The position numbers and the translations under genes are program-made. Source: Escherichia phage vB_ESM-pEJ01. From it: 64,000 nucleotides of DNA. The stretch lies in the sequence record OP114734.1. One strand, given 5' to 3'. Below are positions 16,493 to 24,927 of this stretch, one piece after another. The notes below the pieces were generated by a model that searched no databases, was not told the origin of the DNA, and was given only the letters and a program-made list of their open reading frames with translations. Every line of letters starts with the position of its first letter. Position 1 is the stretch's first letter.

Positions 16493-17440
16493 TTAGAACT
16501 CACCAATTTTCTGCAACATTTTAACTAACGCATTTGTTACAAAATAGTTATAAATTTTACCGCGTGGTGCTGGTTTAGATTTTTCCCATGACTCCAGAAT
16601 CTGATTCTGAATATCATCTGGGATGTAATCGAAATCAATAAGTTCGCGGTTTTCGTCAAAGCGTCGTGCTTCTTCCTCTGTCATCAAAGACTTTGGATCT
16701 TCGGCATCGAAAATTTGCTCTAACCATTTGGTCGCAATTGGTTTAGCTCGTTCCCCTTCCAGTCGTGAGATAATGAAATCACTACGGCACTTGACAGAAG
16801 CTACACCGTCTTTTGCGTCACCCTTAACACATTTTACCATAAGGTCTTTGTAAGGGCTACCATATTTGCATTTCTTCCATGCTTTCTGTACTGGCGCCCA
16901 CTGTTTCACGTTTTTGTATTTGTGCAACTGTGTGTAGTCACCATCGCCGGAGTTGATCAGCACCTGACGACCTTCTACAGAAAACTTTTTAGTTAACACA
17001 GCGATTATATCATCTGCCTCAACTTTGTCAACCTTAATAACGTGATAAGGCATGTTCTCTTTAAACTCTTCGGTGATCTTATTGATCGCGGCAAAGATCA
17101 TCTCCCAATCACGCGGATCTGCGTCTCGTTTTTCCTTACGGTTGCGTTTATAGTAAGGGGCGATATCACGTCGCCAGTAACCTTTACTTGAATCAAAAGC
17201 AAGTACCGTAATTGGGTATTGTTCTTTGAATTTTGTCATATTATAACGCATGGTGTCAAGGATAAGATGACGGATCATGCCTTCATTAATAGGATCTTCC
17301 GGTTTAAAGGTATGCGAGATAGTAGCAATCATAAGCTGCGACATATCAATCAAATGCACACCTTCCGGTAGTTTATCTTCTGGATCATCGAAGAAATCAT
17401 TAAGTGTAGCGGTAGTTTTTGTAAACGGGTTATACGTCAT
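16493..17440 (-). CDS. rnh: RNase H (FEN-like 5'-3' exonuclease)
   Basis: 315 aa; colinear with remembered T4 RNase H (GYWRRD, YKKNR, HLILD, KGDKKDNVASVK-like, RGKIYNYF...EF end). Confidence 0.9.
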   Translation of the reverse strand: MTYNPFTKTTATLNDFFDDPEDKLPEGVHLIDMSQLMIATISHTFKPEDPINEGMIRHLILDTMRYNMTKFKEQYPITVLAFDSSKGYWRRDIAPYYKRNRKEKRDADPRDWEMIFAAINKITEEFKENMPYHVIKVDKVEADDIIAVLTKKFSVEGRQVLINSGDGDYTQLHKYKNVKQWAPVQKAWKKCKYGSPYKDLMVKCVKGDAKDGVASVKCRSDFIISRLEGERAKPIATKWLEQIFDAEDPKSLMTEEEARRFDENRELIDFDYIPDDIQNQILESWEKSKPAPRGKIYNYFVTNALVKMLQKIGEF

Positions 17441-17442
17441 AA

Positions 17443-17628
17443 TTAAGTTCTCTCCACTCTCACAACAACATATTCGCCAAACGAGTTAGATACTTCACGA
17501 TCATACCCGTACTTCTCCATAACTCGCAGAATTGCATTGTTTAGTTCTGCGCGAAAATAATTATAATCCTTATCAGGGATTCTGTCAACTACCCATTTTG
17601 CACCATCAGACAAATCAAATTTAACCAT
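17443..17628 (-). CDS. hypothetical small protein
   Basis: 61 aa track ORF directly upstream of rnh in the same orientation. Confidence 0.35.
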   Translation of the reverse strand: MVKFDLSDGAKWVVDRIPDKDYNYFRAELNNAILRVMEKYGYDREVSNSFGEYVVVRVERT

Positions 17629-17634
17629 AATATA

Positions 17635-18216
17635 TCATCCTCTTTTTGGAAAATTTAAATAAGCATACTCGCCAACTATTTCATGTGCTGCACGGTCATA
17701 AGCCTTAGCCGCCTCAACTTCTGTCTCAAAGTATCCTAGATGTATATTCTTTCGATTGATAACAATATACGCCTTCCACGGCTTTTTCTTGCTTGGTGAT
17801 AATGATACACCTTTATATTTGCTATGGCAAGCCTTTTTCTTTGAGACGTTAAACTGATTTTGCTGTTCGGTTGCTTCTCTCATGTTTGACGGTCTATTGT
17901 TAGTTTTGTCTTGGTCTATGTGATCTATTCGTTCAACCTGAGTACCATACTCTAAAAACCAGACAACTCTATGTACAAACAGATTAAGTTTATGACCATT
18001 GTTGTAAAATGTAAAGTATAAATATCCTTCTTTATGGAGACATACCCTTACCACATCACCTTTTTTGTATATGGACCCTTCTTTTCGGAATCCAGCAGCT
18101 ACAGAATCCTTTAAATGGTATAATATTCCATCGACATGATAGAATCTACCTTTTATCGCTTTCTGTGTCTCGATATCCCAAAATTTTGTTTTTGCCACAA
18201 CAAACACCTCACACAA
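17635..18216 (-). mobile_element. freestanding HNH-AP2 homing endonuclease
   Basis: 193 aa; VVWFLEYGTQVERIDHIDQDKTNNRPSNMREATEQQN HNH core plus YKGVSLSP...WKAYI AP2-like domain; paralog of 39976..40539. Confidence 0.8.
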
Positions 18217-18222
18217 TAAATA
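18215..18222 (+). promoter_or_regulatory. T4 late-promoter-like element (AATAAATA)
   Basis: 7/8 match to TATAAATA, ~30 nt upstream of gene 34 start. Confidence 0.35.
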
Positions 18223-18250
18223 ATTTCATATTATAACAGGAGACCCAATA

Positions 18251-21200
18251 ATGGCAGATTTTTCTCAACATTTCAAGGCCACCTTTGGCTTTGACGCTGG
18301 TAATGAAAAGGTCGTCAATGTAGCATACGCAGATAAAAACACATCAACGGATGCGGTCAACGTTGAATTTTTCAATTACCATAATGGTATTACTCAGTAT
18401 GACACAACTCGCGGTTATGATCAATACGGAACTACAATCTATCAAAACCGTCCGTATTATGCAAAAGAAGATATCACAAAGCCAGCAGGTGATTTTGACC
18501 CGACTAAATGGCAAGCACTGCGCACGGACCCACGTTGGGATTATGTTGCAGCAACTTCCGGCGATACTCCTTTAAAGTCTGGTGATTATATCGCAGCGGA
18601 CTGTCAGTTTGCAAACTTGACATTCTCAATGCCTACTAATCCGGCAGAGGGAGACACTATAACAGTAAAAGATATCGGTGGCAAGTGTGGTGTTAACGAA
18701 TTATCGTTCTTGAGTACAGGACATGAGTTTTACCATAACGGTAATGTGTACAACCGAAAATGGTATTGCACTACCCCGTATGCAATGAACTATTTCATCT
18801 TTGTTCGTAATCGTTGGCATGTTTATCAGACAGGAACAGAGCCACGCGGTGTGTACGCACAGCCAGCGATTGATGCTATTCAAATGCAGAATGGTGATCA
18901 GGTATTTCGTCGTAGTTCGTTGGGTAATATTACCTTAGTGCTTCCTAAGTTTGCCAACAATGGCGACATGATCCAGACTACAGACCTTGACGGATTAACC
19001 GCAACCAACCACGTTACGGTTAAAGTTCATGAGCACGCAGAAGAACAATCAATTGGCACGTCCGGTCTAAAAGAGATTATCGGTAAGCGTAGCGGTCATG
19101 GTGTATTCATCTTTGACAAGACGGAAAACTTATGGCGTTTGTGGGATGGTGATCAGTCTGTTCGTCTTAAACCGATCATCGATGACACTCGCTTGCAACC
19201 TAATAGCTATGTTGCTGTATTTGGTGATCGTGATGTTACTCTGACGCTGCCGACCAATGTCGAGCCGGGTGATCGTATTCAAGTTTCTATGCAGTATATG
19301 AACGGAAACCAGAATTGCCGTATTATCACCGCCACAGAGGATACAAAAATCCTTATGCAGAAAAACATGGTTCAGTTTCCTAAGCGTAGCGAGTACCCAT
19401 TCAATGGGACCGATACATGGACGGGAGTATCTGAATTGTCTTTCAACGCTGCAAATGATTATGTACCTTATGTGGAGTTCTCTTATTCAGAAGGTGATGA
19501 TGGTAAGAAATACTGGTTGGTGGCACATGCTCACCCGATTGTAGAACGAGTAGATCCGACTCGTAAAGATCGTGTTGGTGTAATTGCACTGGCTACCCAA
19601 ACTGAAACGAATAAAAACCATGAAGAGAATCCTAGCGACGAAGTTGCAGTAACACCAAAAATGCTGGCTAATAAAACCGCCAACGAAACTCGACGCGGTA
19701 TTGCTCGCATTGCGACTCAAGCGGAAACGCATCAAGATACTGGTTCCAACTTCCTGGATGATGTTATCGTTACGCCTAAAAAGTTAAATGACTGTGTTGC
19801 TACCGAAGCCCGTCGTGGTGTGATGGAAATTGCAACCCAGCACGAAACCAATGAAGGTTTAGACGATACCCGCGCTATTACTCCTAAGAAATTAGAAGAA
19901 CGTCGCGCTTCCGAAGATCTCGCTGGTATTGCTGAAATTGTTCAGGCTGGCGGCAGTGCTGCCGCTCGACGTGGCGAAGCTGGTACAGGGATCTATAACA
20001 TCAATGACCATGCTAAAATTGTTACGCCAAAAAACATCAACGAAGTCAAGGCGACCGAAACTTCCCGTGGTGTTGGCTATCTGGCAACTGACGCGGAAGT
20101 GCAAGGGGCTACAGAATCAACCCCGCAAGATGCTTTACTCATCACGACTCGCACGCTAACGAAACGTACTGCTACCGAATCGCGCACTGGTATCGCTGAA
20201 ATTGCAACTCAGGAAGAAACAAACTTAGGTCAAAGTGATAACCATATCATCACGCCTAAAAAGCTGCATACTCGCCGAGCAACGGAAACTTTACACGGTT
20301 TAGCAGAAATTGCAACTCAACCGGAGTTTGACGCAGGTCGTGACGATTCTCGCATTTCTACCCCATTGAAGATTAAAACCTTCTTTGAGAATGCACAGCG
20401 TTTGAAAGTAGATCCGACTCAGGGGCTTAACCTTACTGGTGATTTGTGGCAAGGTATCATGATCAGCGGTCTGGATGCAACCGAAGACACAAAAGGTGTC
20501 GCTAAAGTTGCGACTACTCAGCTTACTGACGCTGGTCAAGATGATACTACAATCATCACGCCTAAAAAGCTGCAAGGCAAGAAGGCCACCGAAGGTAAAG
20601 AAGGCATTATCCGAGTTGGTACTCAAGCCGAAACCGTGGCTGGTATTATGGACAATGTAGCAATTTCTCCGAAGAACTTCAAATATGTTGTTCAGACAGA
20701 GGATACATGGAAAGCAACCGAAGCGCGTCGTGGCTTCTTGAAAGTTGCTACTCAGGAAAACTGTTTTGTTGGTGATAATCTGCAAGGTTCTACTCAAGAA
20801 CTAGGAAACTACCAGCATGACGGAATTGCTGTTACCCCTAAAGGATTAAACTACGCACTTGCTAATTTCTTACCTAAGATGGCAACCGCTCAGAATAGTT
20901 TGAAATTAGGTAACGTAGAGGCCGCTAAATGGGCGCGTAGAGACATTGACCAGACCATAGAGAGCAATTACACGTTTAATAAAAACGTTAACGTGAAGGG
21001 CGATTTAGAGTGCTTAAAATCAGGTTCCTTTGAAACTCTGTCTGTGACTAAGAACTCGACCGATGTTCCGAGTAATGGTCATCTGGTGTTGGGTGAGCGT
21101 GGAGTTGACGGTCACACCGGAATTACTCTGCATGGCACAACCGCATCGGAAGGCATGAAAAACTCTTGGTCTATTATCGTTGGTGGTACTGGAACAGCGC

Positions 21201-21991
21201 AAGTTGTTGATAGTGATGCTATCGCTTTCGGTAAAATCAATGATGGTGGAGTCGTTCAGCATTACGCCTTTGCTATGAAACACAATGGCGATGTGACAGC
21301 ATATAGAGACTTTATTGCAGGTCGTAACCTGTATGCGAAACAAGGCGGGTTATACATTGTTGACCAGTCTAATCCGGCAATGACTCGTTCCCCAGATGGT
21401 ATGCTGAATATCGGTCACGGTGGAAGTGTTAACATCAAGGCAGGTCATCAAACGTTAACTACAGAGATCGCCGGACAGAAATATCAGATCGTACACGCAG
21501 GAAACGCTGACGAAGTTCTTAACCGTCAGTTTGTTAAGAATGCTGGCGATACAATGGTCGGTAAGCTGACTATGGATAATGCGCCTATTGTTTCCGTTAA
21601 GCATGAAGCTAGCGCGGCAACCGCTCCGGCAATCGGTAACATCGGTTTCTGGAATATGCGAGTTACTACCCAGAACATCAAAGAAACTTATCCAGAGAAG
21701 AAAAACGGTACTCTGATGCAATGGGGTACTGACGCGGACGGGCTTACCCAGCTTTGGTCCCCTGATGGTACTCATAAACATTATATCCGTTCCGGTACTG
21801 GTGGTCAATGGACAGCATGGGGTGAAATTTACACCAAACAGAATAAGCCTACCGCTCAGGAAATCGGGGCAGTAGTTGCAGAAGGTGGTTTAATGAACTC
21901 TATGACGGTTCGTGATTGGATCAAAGTTGGTAATGTTAAAATCATCGCCAATAATCTGACTCGTACCGTAGACTTTATCTGGGAAGACTAA
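18251..21991 (+). CDS. 34: long tail fibre proximal subunit gp34
   Basis: 1246 aa; colinear with remembered T4 gp34 including repeated ...ITPKKL...ATE.RRG... motifs and C-terminal ...VDFIWED. Confidence 0.93.
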   Translation: MADFSQHFKATFGFDAGNEKVVNVAYADKNTSTDAVNVEFFNYHNGITQYDTTRGYDQYGTTIYQNRPYYAKEDITKPAGDFDPTKWQALRTDPRWDYVAATSGDTPLKSGDYIAADCQFANLTFSMPTNPAEGDTITVKDIGGKCGVNELSFLSTGHEFYHNGNVYNRKWYCTTPYAMNYFIFVRNRWHVYQTGTEPRGVYAQPAIDAIQMQNGDQVFRRSSLGNITLVLPKFANNGDMIQTTDLDGLTATNHVTVKVHEHAEEQSIGTSGLKEIIGKRSGHGVFIFDKTENLWRLWDGDQSVRLKPIIDDTRLQPNSYVAVFGDRDVTLTLPTNVEPGDRIQVSMQYMNGNQNCRIITATEDTKILMQKNMVQFPKRSEYPFNGTDTWTGVSELSFNAANDYVPYVEFSYSEGDDGKKYWLVAHAHPIVERVDPTRKDRVGVIALATQTETNKNHEENPSDEVAVTPKMLANKTANETRRGIARIATQAETHQDTGSNFLDDVIVTPKKLNDCVATEARRGVMEIATQHETNEGLDDTRAITPKKLEERRASEDLAGIAEIVQAGGSAAARRGEAGTGIYNINDHAKIVTPKNINEVKATETSRGVGYLATDAEVQGATESTPQDALLITTRTLTKRTATESRTGIAEIATQEETNLGQSDNHIITPKKLHTRRATETLHGLAEIATQPEFDAGRDDSRISTPLKIKTFFENAQRLKVDPTQGLNLTGDLWQGIMISGLDATEDTKGVAKVATTQLTDAGQDDTTIITPKKLQGKKATEGKEGIIRVGTQAETVAGIMDNVAISPKNFKYVVQTEDTWKATEARRGFLKVATQENCFVGDNLQGSTQELGNYQHDGIAVTPKGLNYALANFLPKMATAQNSLKLGNVEAAKWARRDIDQTIESNYTFNKNVNVKGDLECLKSGSFETLSVTKNSTDVPSNGHLVLGERGVDGHTGITLHGTTASEGMKNSWSIIVGGTGTAQVVDSDAIAFGKINDGGVVQHYAFAMKHNGDVTAYRDFIAGRNLYAKQGGLYIVDQSNPAMTRSPDGMLNIGHGGSVNIKAGHQTLTTEIAGQKYQIVHAGNADEVLNRQFVKNAGDTMVGKLTMDNAPIVSVKHEASAATAPAIGNIGFWNMRVTTQNIKETYPEKKNGTLMQWGTDADGLTQLWSPDGTHKHYIRSGTGGQWTAWGEIYTKQNKPTAQEIGAVVAEGGLMNSMTVRDWIKVGNVKIIANNLTRTVDFIWED

Positions 21992-21996
21992 TTAAA

Positions 21997-22012
21997 GGGG
22001 GCGAAAGCCCCC
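21997..22012 (+). other. stable GNRA-loop hairpin GGGGGCGAAAGCCCCC between genes 34 and 35
   Basis: same 16-mer as 9964..9979 but in the opposite genomic orientation; no following T-run. Confidence 0.5.
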
Positions 22013-22024
22013 TATGGGGTTATT

Positions 22025-23164
22025 ATGACACAAGATATAGAATTACGCAACACTGGAATTAGGTTTGCGCATTTCGACGAAGACTCTGCGACATTTACCA
22101 GCATTTCAGAAAATAACTCTGTGATGTATAAGCTGGAAGTGCGCGGATCTAATGCGGATTCTACCAAACCAGCAAGGATTAGATTTAATGGAGTGGAGAT
22201 CGTTGGCACTGGCTATGAAAATGGCCTAAATTTTAAAGTTCTTACTCCAACTGGACAACTACACGAAGAAAAGGTATTCTATGGTCGCGGTGCTGTTTTG
22301 GCAATGCGTGATTATCTTTCTTTGCTGAAAGGTGACTATATCATTGCGATGGCAACGCATGGAGAATTGTTTGCAGATCCGATCAGTGATGGTGTATTCT
22401 CTAAGCTGGGATCTGTATCATTCCCGAATCACATTTTGCTACAGCAAATGCCTCGTGTATCATATGCAGCAATTTATTCTACTAAAATGGGTAAAATTGT
22501 GTGCGAAGGGATGCAAGCAACTCACGGGGAAGGACAAGATTCATCTATACAAATTGAGAAAGTCTATGATACTATAGATGATCTTGCTATAACAGGAACA
22601 CCACAACGATTTTTAGATTATCCGGTTGAGTATGTTAGCGAAGATGCCGAACATTTCGAGCTAATACAATGGCCTCATGATGAGACCAGCGCCCCACTTG
22701 AGGATTTTAACATAAAGGCAGGTGACAAACTATCAATATCCTTTGAATTGTTCCGTGATAGTGCCGCAGCCGCAGCCAACGTAACAGCGCGTTTCTATCA
22801 CAACTACTTCACCGATGGACAATATCAAACTGGTGTTCGATACAATGCCAGCAAAAAAGACCAATGGGAAAAGTTTGAAGCCGTCTATACCGTACCGGAA
22901 GGAGTTGATAGTGTAGTAACTGGTTGTATCAGATATCCAACCAACTCCAATGAAGGTATTGTTAAAATTAGAAACATACTAATAACGCCGATCAGTGGAG
23001 TCGTCAAAACTACTGGTCCTACTTCATTTGGTGTTAATGGTGTTAGAACAACTCATATTCAGGATAACGGTGATTTTACTAACCCTGTAATGAGTCTTCT
23101 TAAACTACCCAGAGATAATAAACACATCACATCCAACAACTTTAAAGAGTTCGATGTTGATTAA
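22025..23164 (+). CDS. 35: long tail fibre hinge connector gp35
   Basis: 379 aa; position between 34 and 36; T4 gp35-like size. Confidence 0.8.
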   Translation: MTQDIELRNTGIRFAHFDEDSATFTSISENNSVMYKLEVRGSNADSTKPARIRFNGVEIVGTGYENGLNFKVLTPTGQLHEEKVFYGRGAVLAMRDYLSLLKGDYIIAMATHGELFADPISDGVFSKLGSVSFPNHILLQQMPRVSYAAIYSTKMGKIVCEGMQATHGEGQDSSIQIEKVYDTIDDLAITGTPQRFLDYPVEYVSEDAEHFELIQWPHDETSAPLEDFNIKAGDKLSISFELFRDSAAAAANVTARFYHNYFTDGQYQTGVRYNASKKDQWEKFEAVYTVPEGVDSVVTGCIRYPTNSNEGIVKIRNILITPISGVVKTTGPTSFGVNGVRTTHIQDNGDFTNPVMSLLKLPRDNKHITSNNFKEFDVD

Positions 23165-23174
23165 CATTTTTAAC

Positions 23175-23206
23175 AAGCCGATCCATGTGGTCGGCTTTAT
23201 TTTTAT
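23175..23206 (+). terminator. rho-independent terminator after gene 35
   Basis: hairpin AAGCCGA...TCGGCTT followed by TATTTTTAT. Confidence 0.6.
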
Positions 23207-23325
23207 ACAGTTGGTTAAATTGTAACCAAAACGAAGAAAGATCTTTAGAATAATAGAAAATTTGTTTCGGTTAAAAAATAGCCAGTGCCTACGGCACGTC
23301 GCGAAGCGATATTTTGTTAACATTC

Positions 23326-23333
23326 TATAAATA
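23326..23333 (+). promoter_or_regulatory. T4-type late promoter TATAAATA
   Basis: exact TATAAATA 34 nt upstream of gene 36 ATG. Confidence 0.6.
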
Positions 23334-23366
23334 CTCGGAACTATAACTAATTTTTGAGGTTACTTT

Positions 23367-24857
23367 ATGGCAGATTTGAAATATGGATCTACTGTAGGTG
23401 GATCTCCCATTTGGACGCAAGGAAACTTGACGATCCAGCCAGCAGGGGATCAGCTTTTCTACAAAGGTCATAAAATCTATACCGCTTTTGATAGACCTTC
23501 GGCTACCGATTTTGATGCTGTTAGTGCATCCGAAGGTGGCACATTTCAAAAGCAAGTTCATTTCGAGGAAGGTTTAAGCGTAGGTAGCGCATCGGCAGGT
23601 GAAACCAAAAAGAATGGTATCTTTAAAGGTCAGAGCGACGCTGCTAATTTTGACGGCGTAAGCTGGGGTTTGCATTCATGGAAGTCAATCGGCTTTGTTA
23701 ATGCCCGTGATGGCGTTATTATGGCGTATATTGACACCACAACGGGCGAATTTAAGTCTAAAGGGACTATCGAAGGGACAACCATTAAAGACACAGGTCA
23801 ACGCGTCTATAGCCCTGTTAATAAACCAACGAATAATGATTTGGATTTAGTTTCCCGTCGCGGTGATACTCTCTCAGGAACGTATAATTTAAACACTGTC
23901 ACTGTTAAACTATCGGTTGATTCGAAATTAATTGCAAGGGAACGTGATTTAATTAATTTTGATGCGACTAAGATCTATTATGGTAACGTTCTTGATACGT
24001 TGGTCTTCCGAAGTAAAGATGAGCCTACCATTTTTGTTAATGGCAAAGAAGGTCGTTTTTATCACACCAACAATAAACCAACTAAAGCCGATGTTGGGCT
24101 AGGCAATGTCACCAATGATGCACAGGTTAAACGTGCTGGTGATATTATGGAAGGTAACTTGCAAGCGCCTAGAATGTTGGCGACAAACGATCCTGCTGGT
24201 CCTAATGAATTGGTTCGTTTGAGCTACTTTGAGAGAAAATCAATGGTAGCAAATCCAACCATCATTGGAAACGTTGATTGGAACACTCTTATTAATCGCG
24301 GTATCTATCGTGTGGAAAATGCTGGGTCGGGTACTAATAAACCGTCTGATAGCTATTATAATGGCGTTTTGATGGTATATCGCCCAGAAGATGCGGTCGG
24401 TACTCGTCGAATTGTTCAGGTGTATTATCCTGAATCTATTGACCATCCGATGTGCTGGCGTTCGTGTTCTAATGAATCATGGACTGCATGGAACTATGTA
24501 GATCACCGTAAATTAGCCGATATTCGCTATGTTAACGTAACTGGCGATACCATGACAGGACCGTTAACTGTTCCGGCTGTAAACGGTGTTAGAACAGCTA
24601 AAACTAACTATAACGGGGATAACTGTTATGCGGCGTTAAGCGGTGCTGATGGTACTGCTATGATTCACCGCATTAGTGATATTAAAGGGACCGAAAAGCT
24701 GGGGATCACCCACGACTCAAAGGTCGTGTTTTTCCGTTCTCGAAACAATACTCAAACCGTGGACCGCTATCAGCTTTATCATGAAGGTAATAAACCTACT
24801 CCGGCTGATGTTGGAGCGGTTCCACTTAATGCGGTGATTGATTTTGGTACTTTCTAA
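23367..24857 (+). CDS. 36: long tail fibre distal-half subunit gp36
   Basis: 496 aa; N-terminus MADLKYGSTVGGSPIWTQGN matches remembered T4 gp36 start; longer than T4 gp36. Confidence 0.85.
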   Translation: MADLKYGSTVGGSPIWTQGNLTIQPAGDQLFYKGHKIYTAFDRPSATDFDAVSASEGGTFQKQVHFEEGLSVGSASAGETKKNGIFKGQSDAANFDGVSWGLHSWKSIGFVNARDGVIMAYIDTTTGEFKSKGTIEGTTIKDTGQRVYSPVNKPTNNDLDLVSRRGDTLSGTYNLNTVTVKLSVDSKLIARERDLINFDATKIYYGNVLDTLVFRSKDEPTIFVNGKEGRFYHTNNKPTKADVGLGNVTNDAQVKRAGDIMEGNLQAPRMLATNDPAGPNELVRLSYFERKSMVANPTIIGNVDWNTLINRGIYRVENAGSGTNKPSDSYYNGVLMVYRPEDAVGTRRIVQVYYPESIDHPMCWRSCSNESWTAWNYVDHRKLADIRYVNVTGDTMTGPLTVPAVNGVRTAKTNYNGDNCYAALSGADGTAMIHRISDIKGTEKLGITHDSKVVFFRSRNNTQTVDRYQLYHEGNKPTPADVGAVPLNAVIDFGTF

Positions 24858-24861
24858 TTTT

Positions 24862-24888
24862 AGCGGGGATTATCTCCCCGCTTTTCTA
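24862..24888 (+). terminator. rho-independent terminator after gene 36
   Basis: hairpin AGCGGGGA-TTATC-TCCCCGCT followed by TTTTCT. Confidence 0.55.
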
Positions 24889-24927
24889 AATAATATTATT
24901 CTAATAACCGTTTAAGGATTTTATAAA

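Noticed and set aside
20300-20797. Minus-strand ORFs inside tail fibre genes 34 and 37 (for example 20300..20797, 21455..21808, 25546..26022)
   Set aside because: Antisense to long, clearly homologous fibre genes; low-complexity translations; no expression signals.
23105-23561. Two minus-strand ORFs (72 and 78 aa) in the gene 35 - gene 36 spacer
   Set aside because: The spacer contains a plus-strand terminator and an exact TATAAATA late promoter for gene 36; the ORFs overlap these and the gene 36 start, and have no SD.
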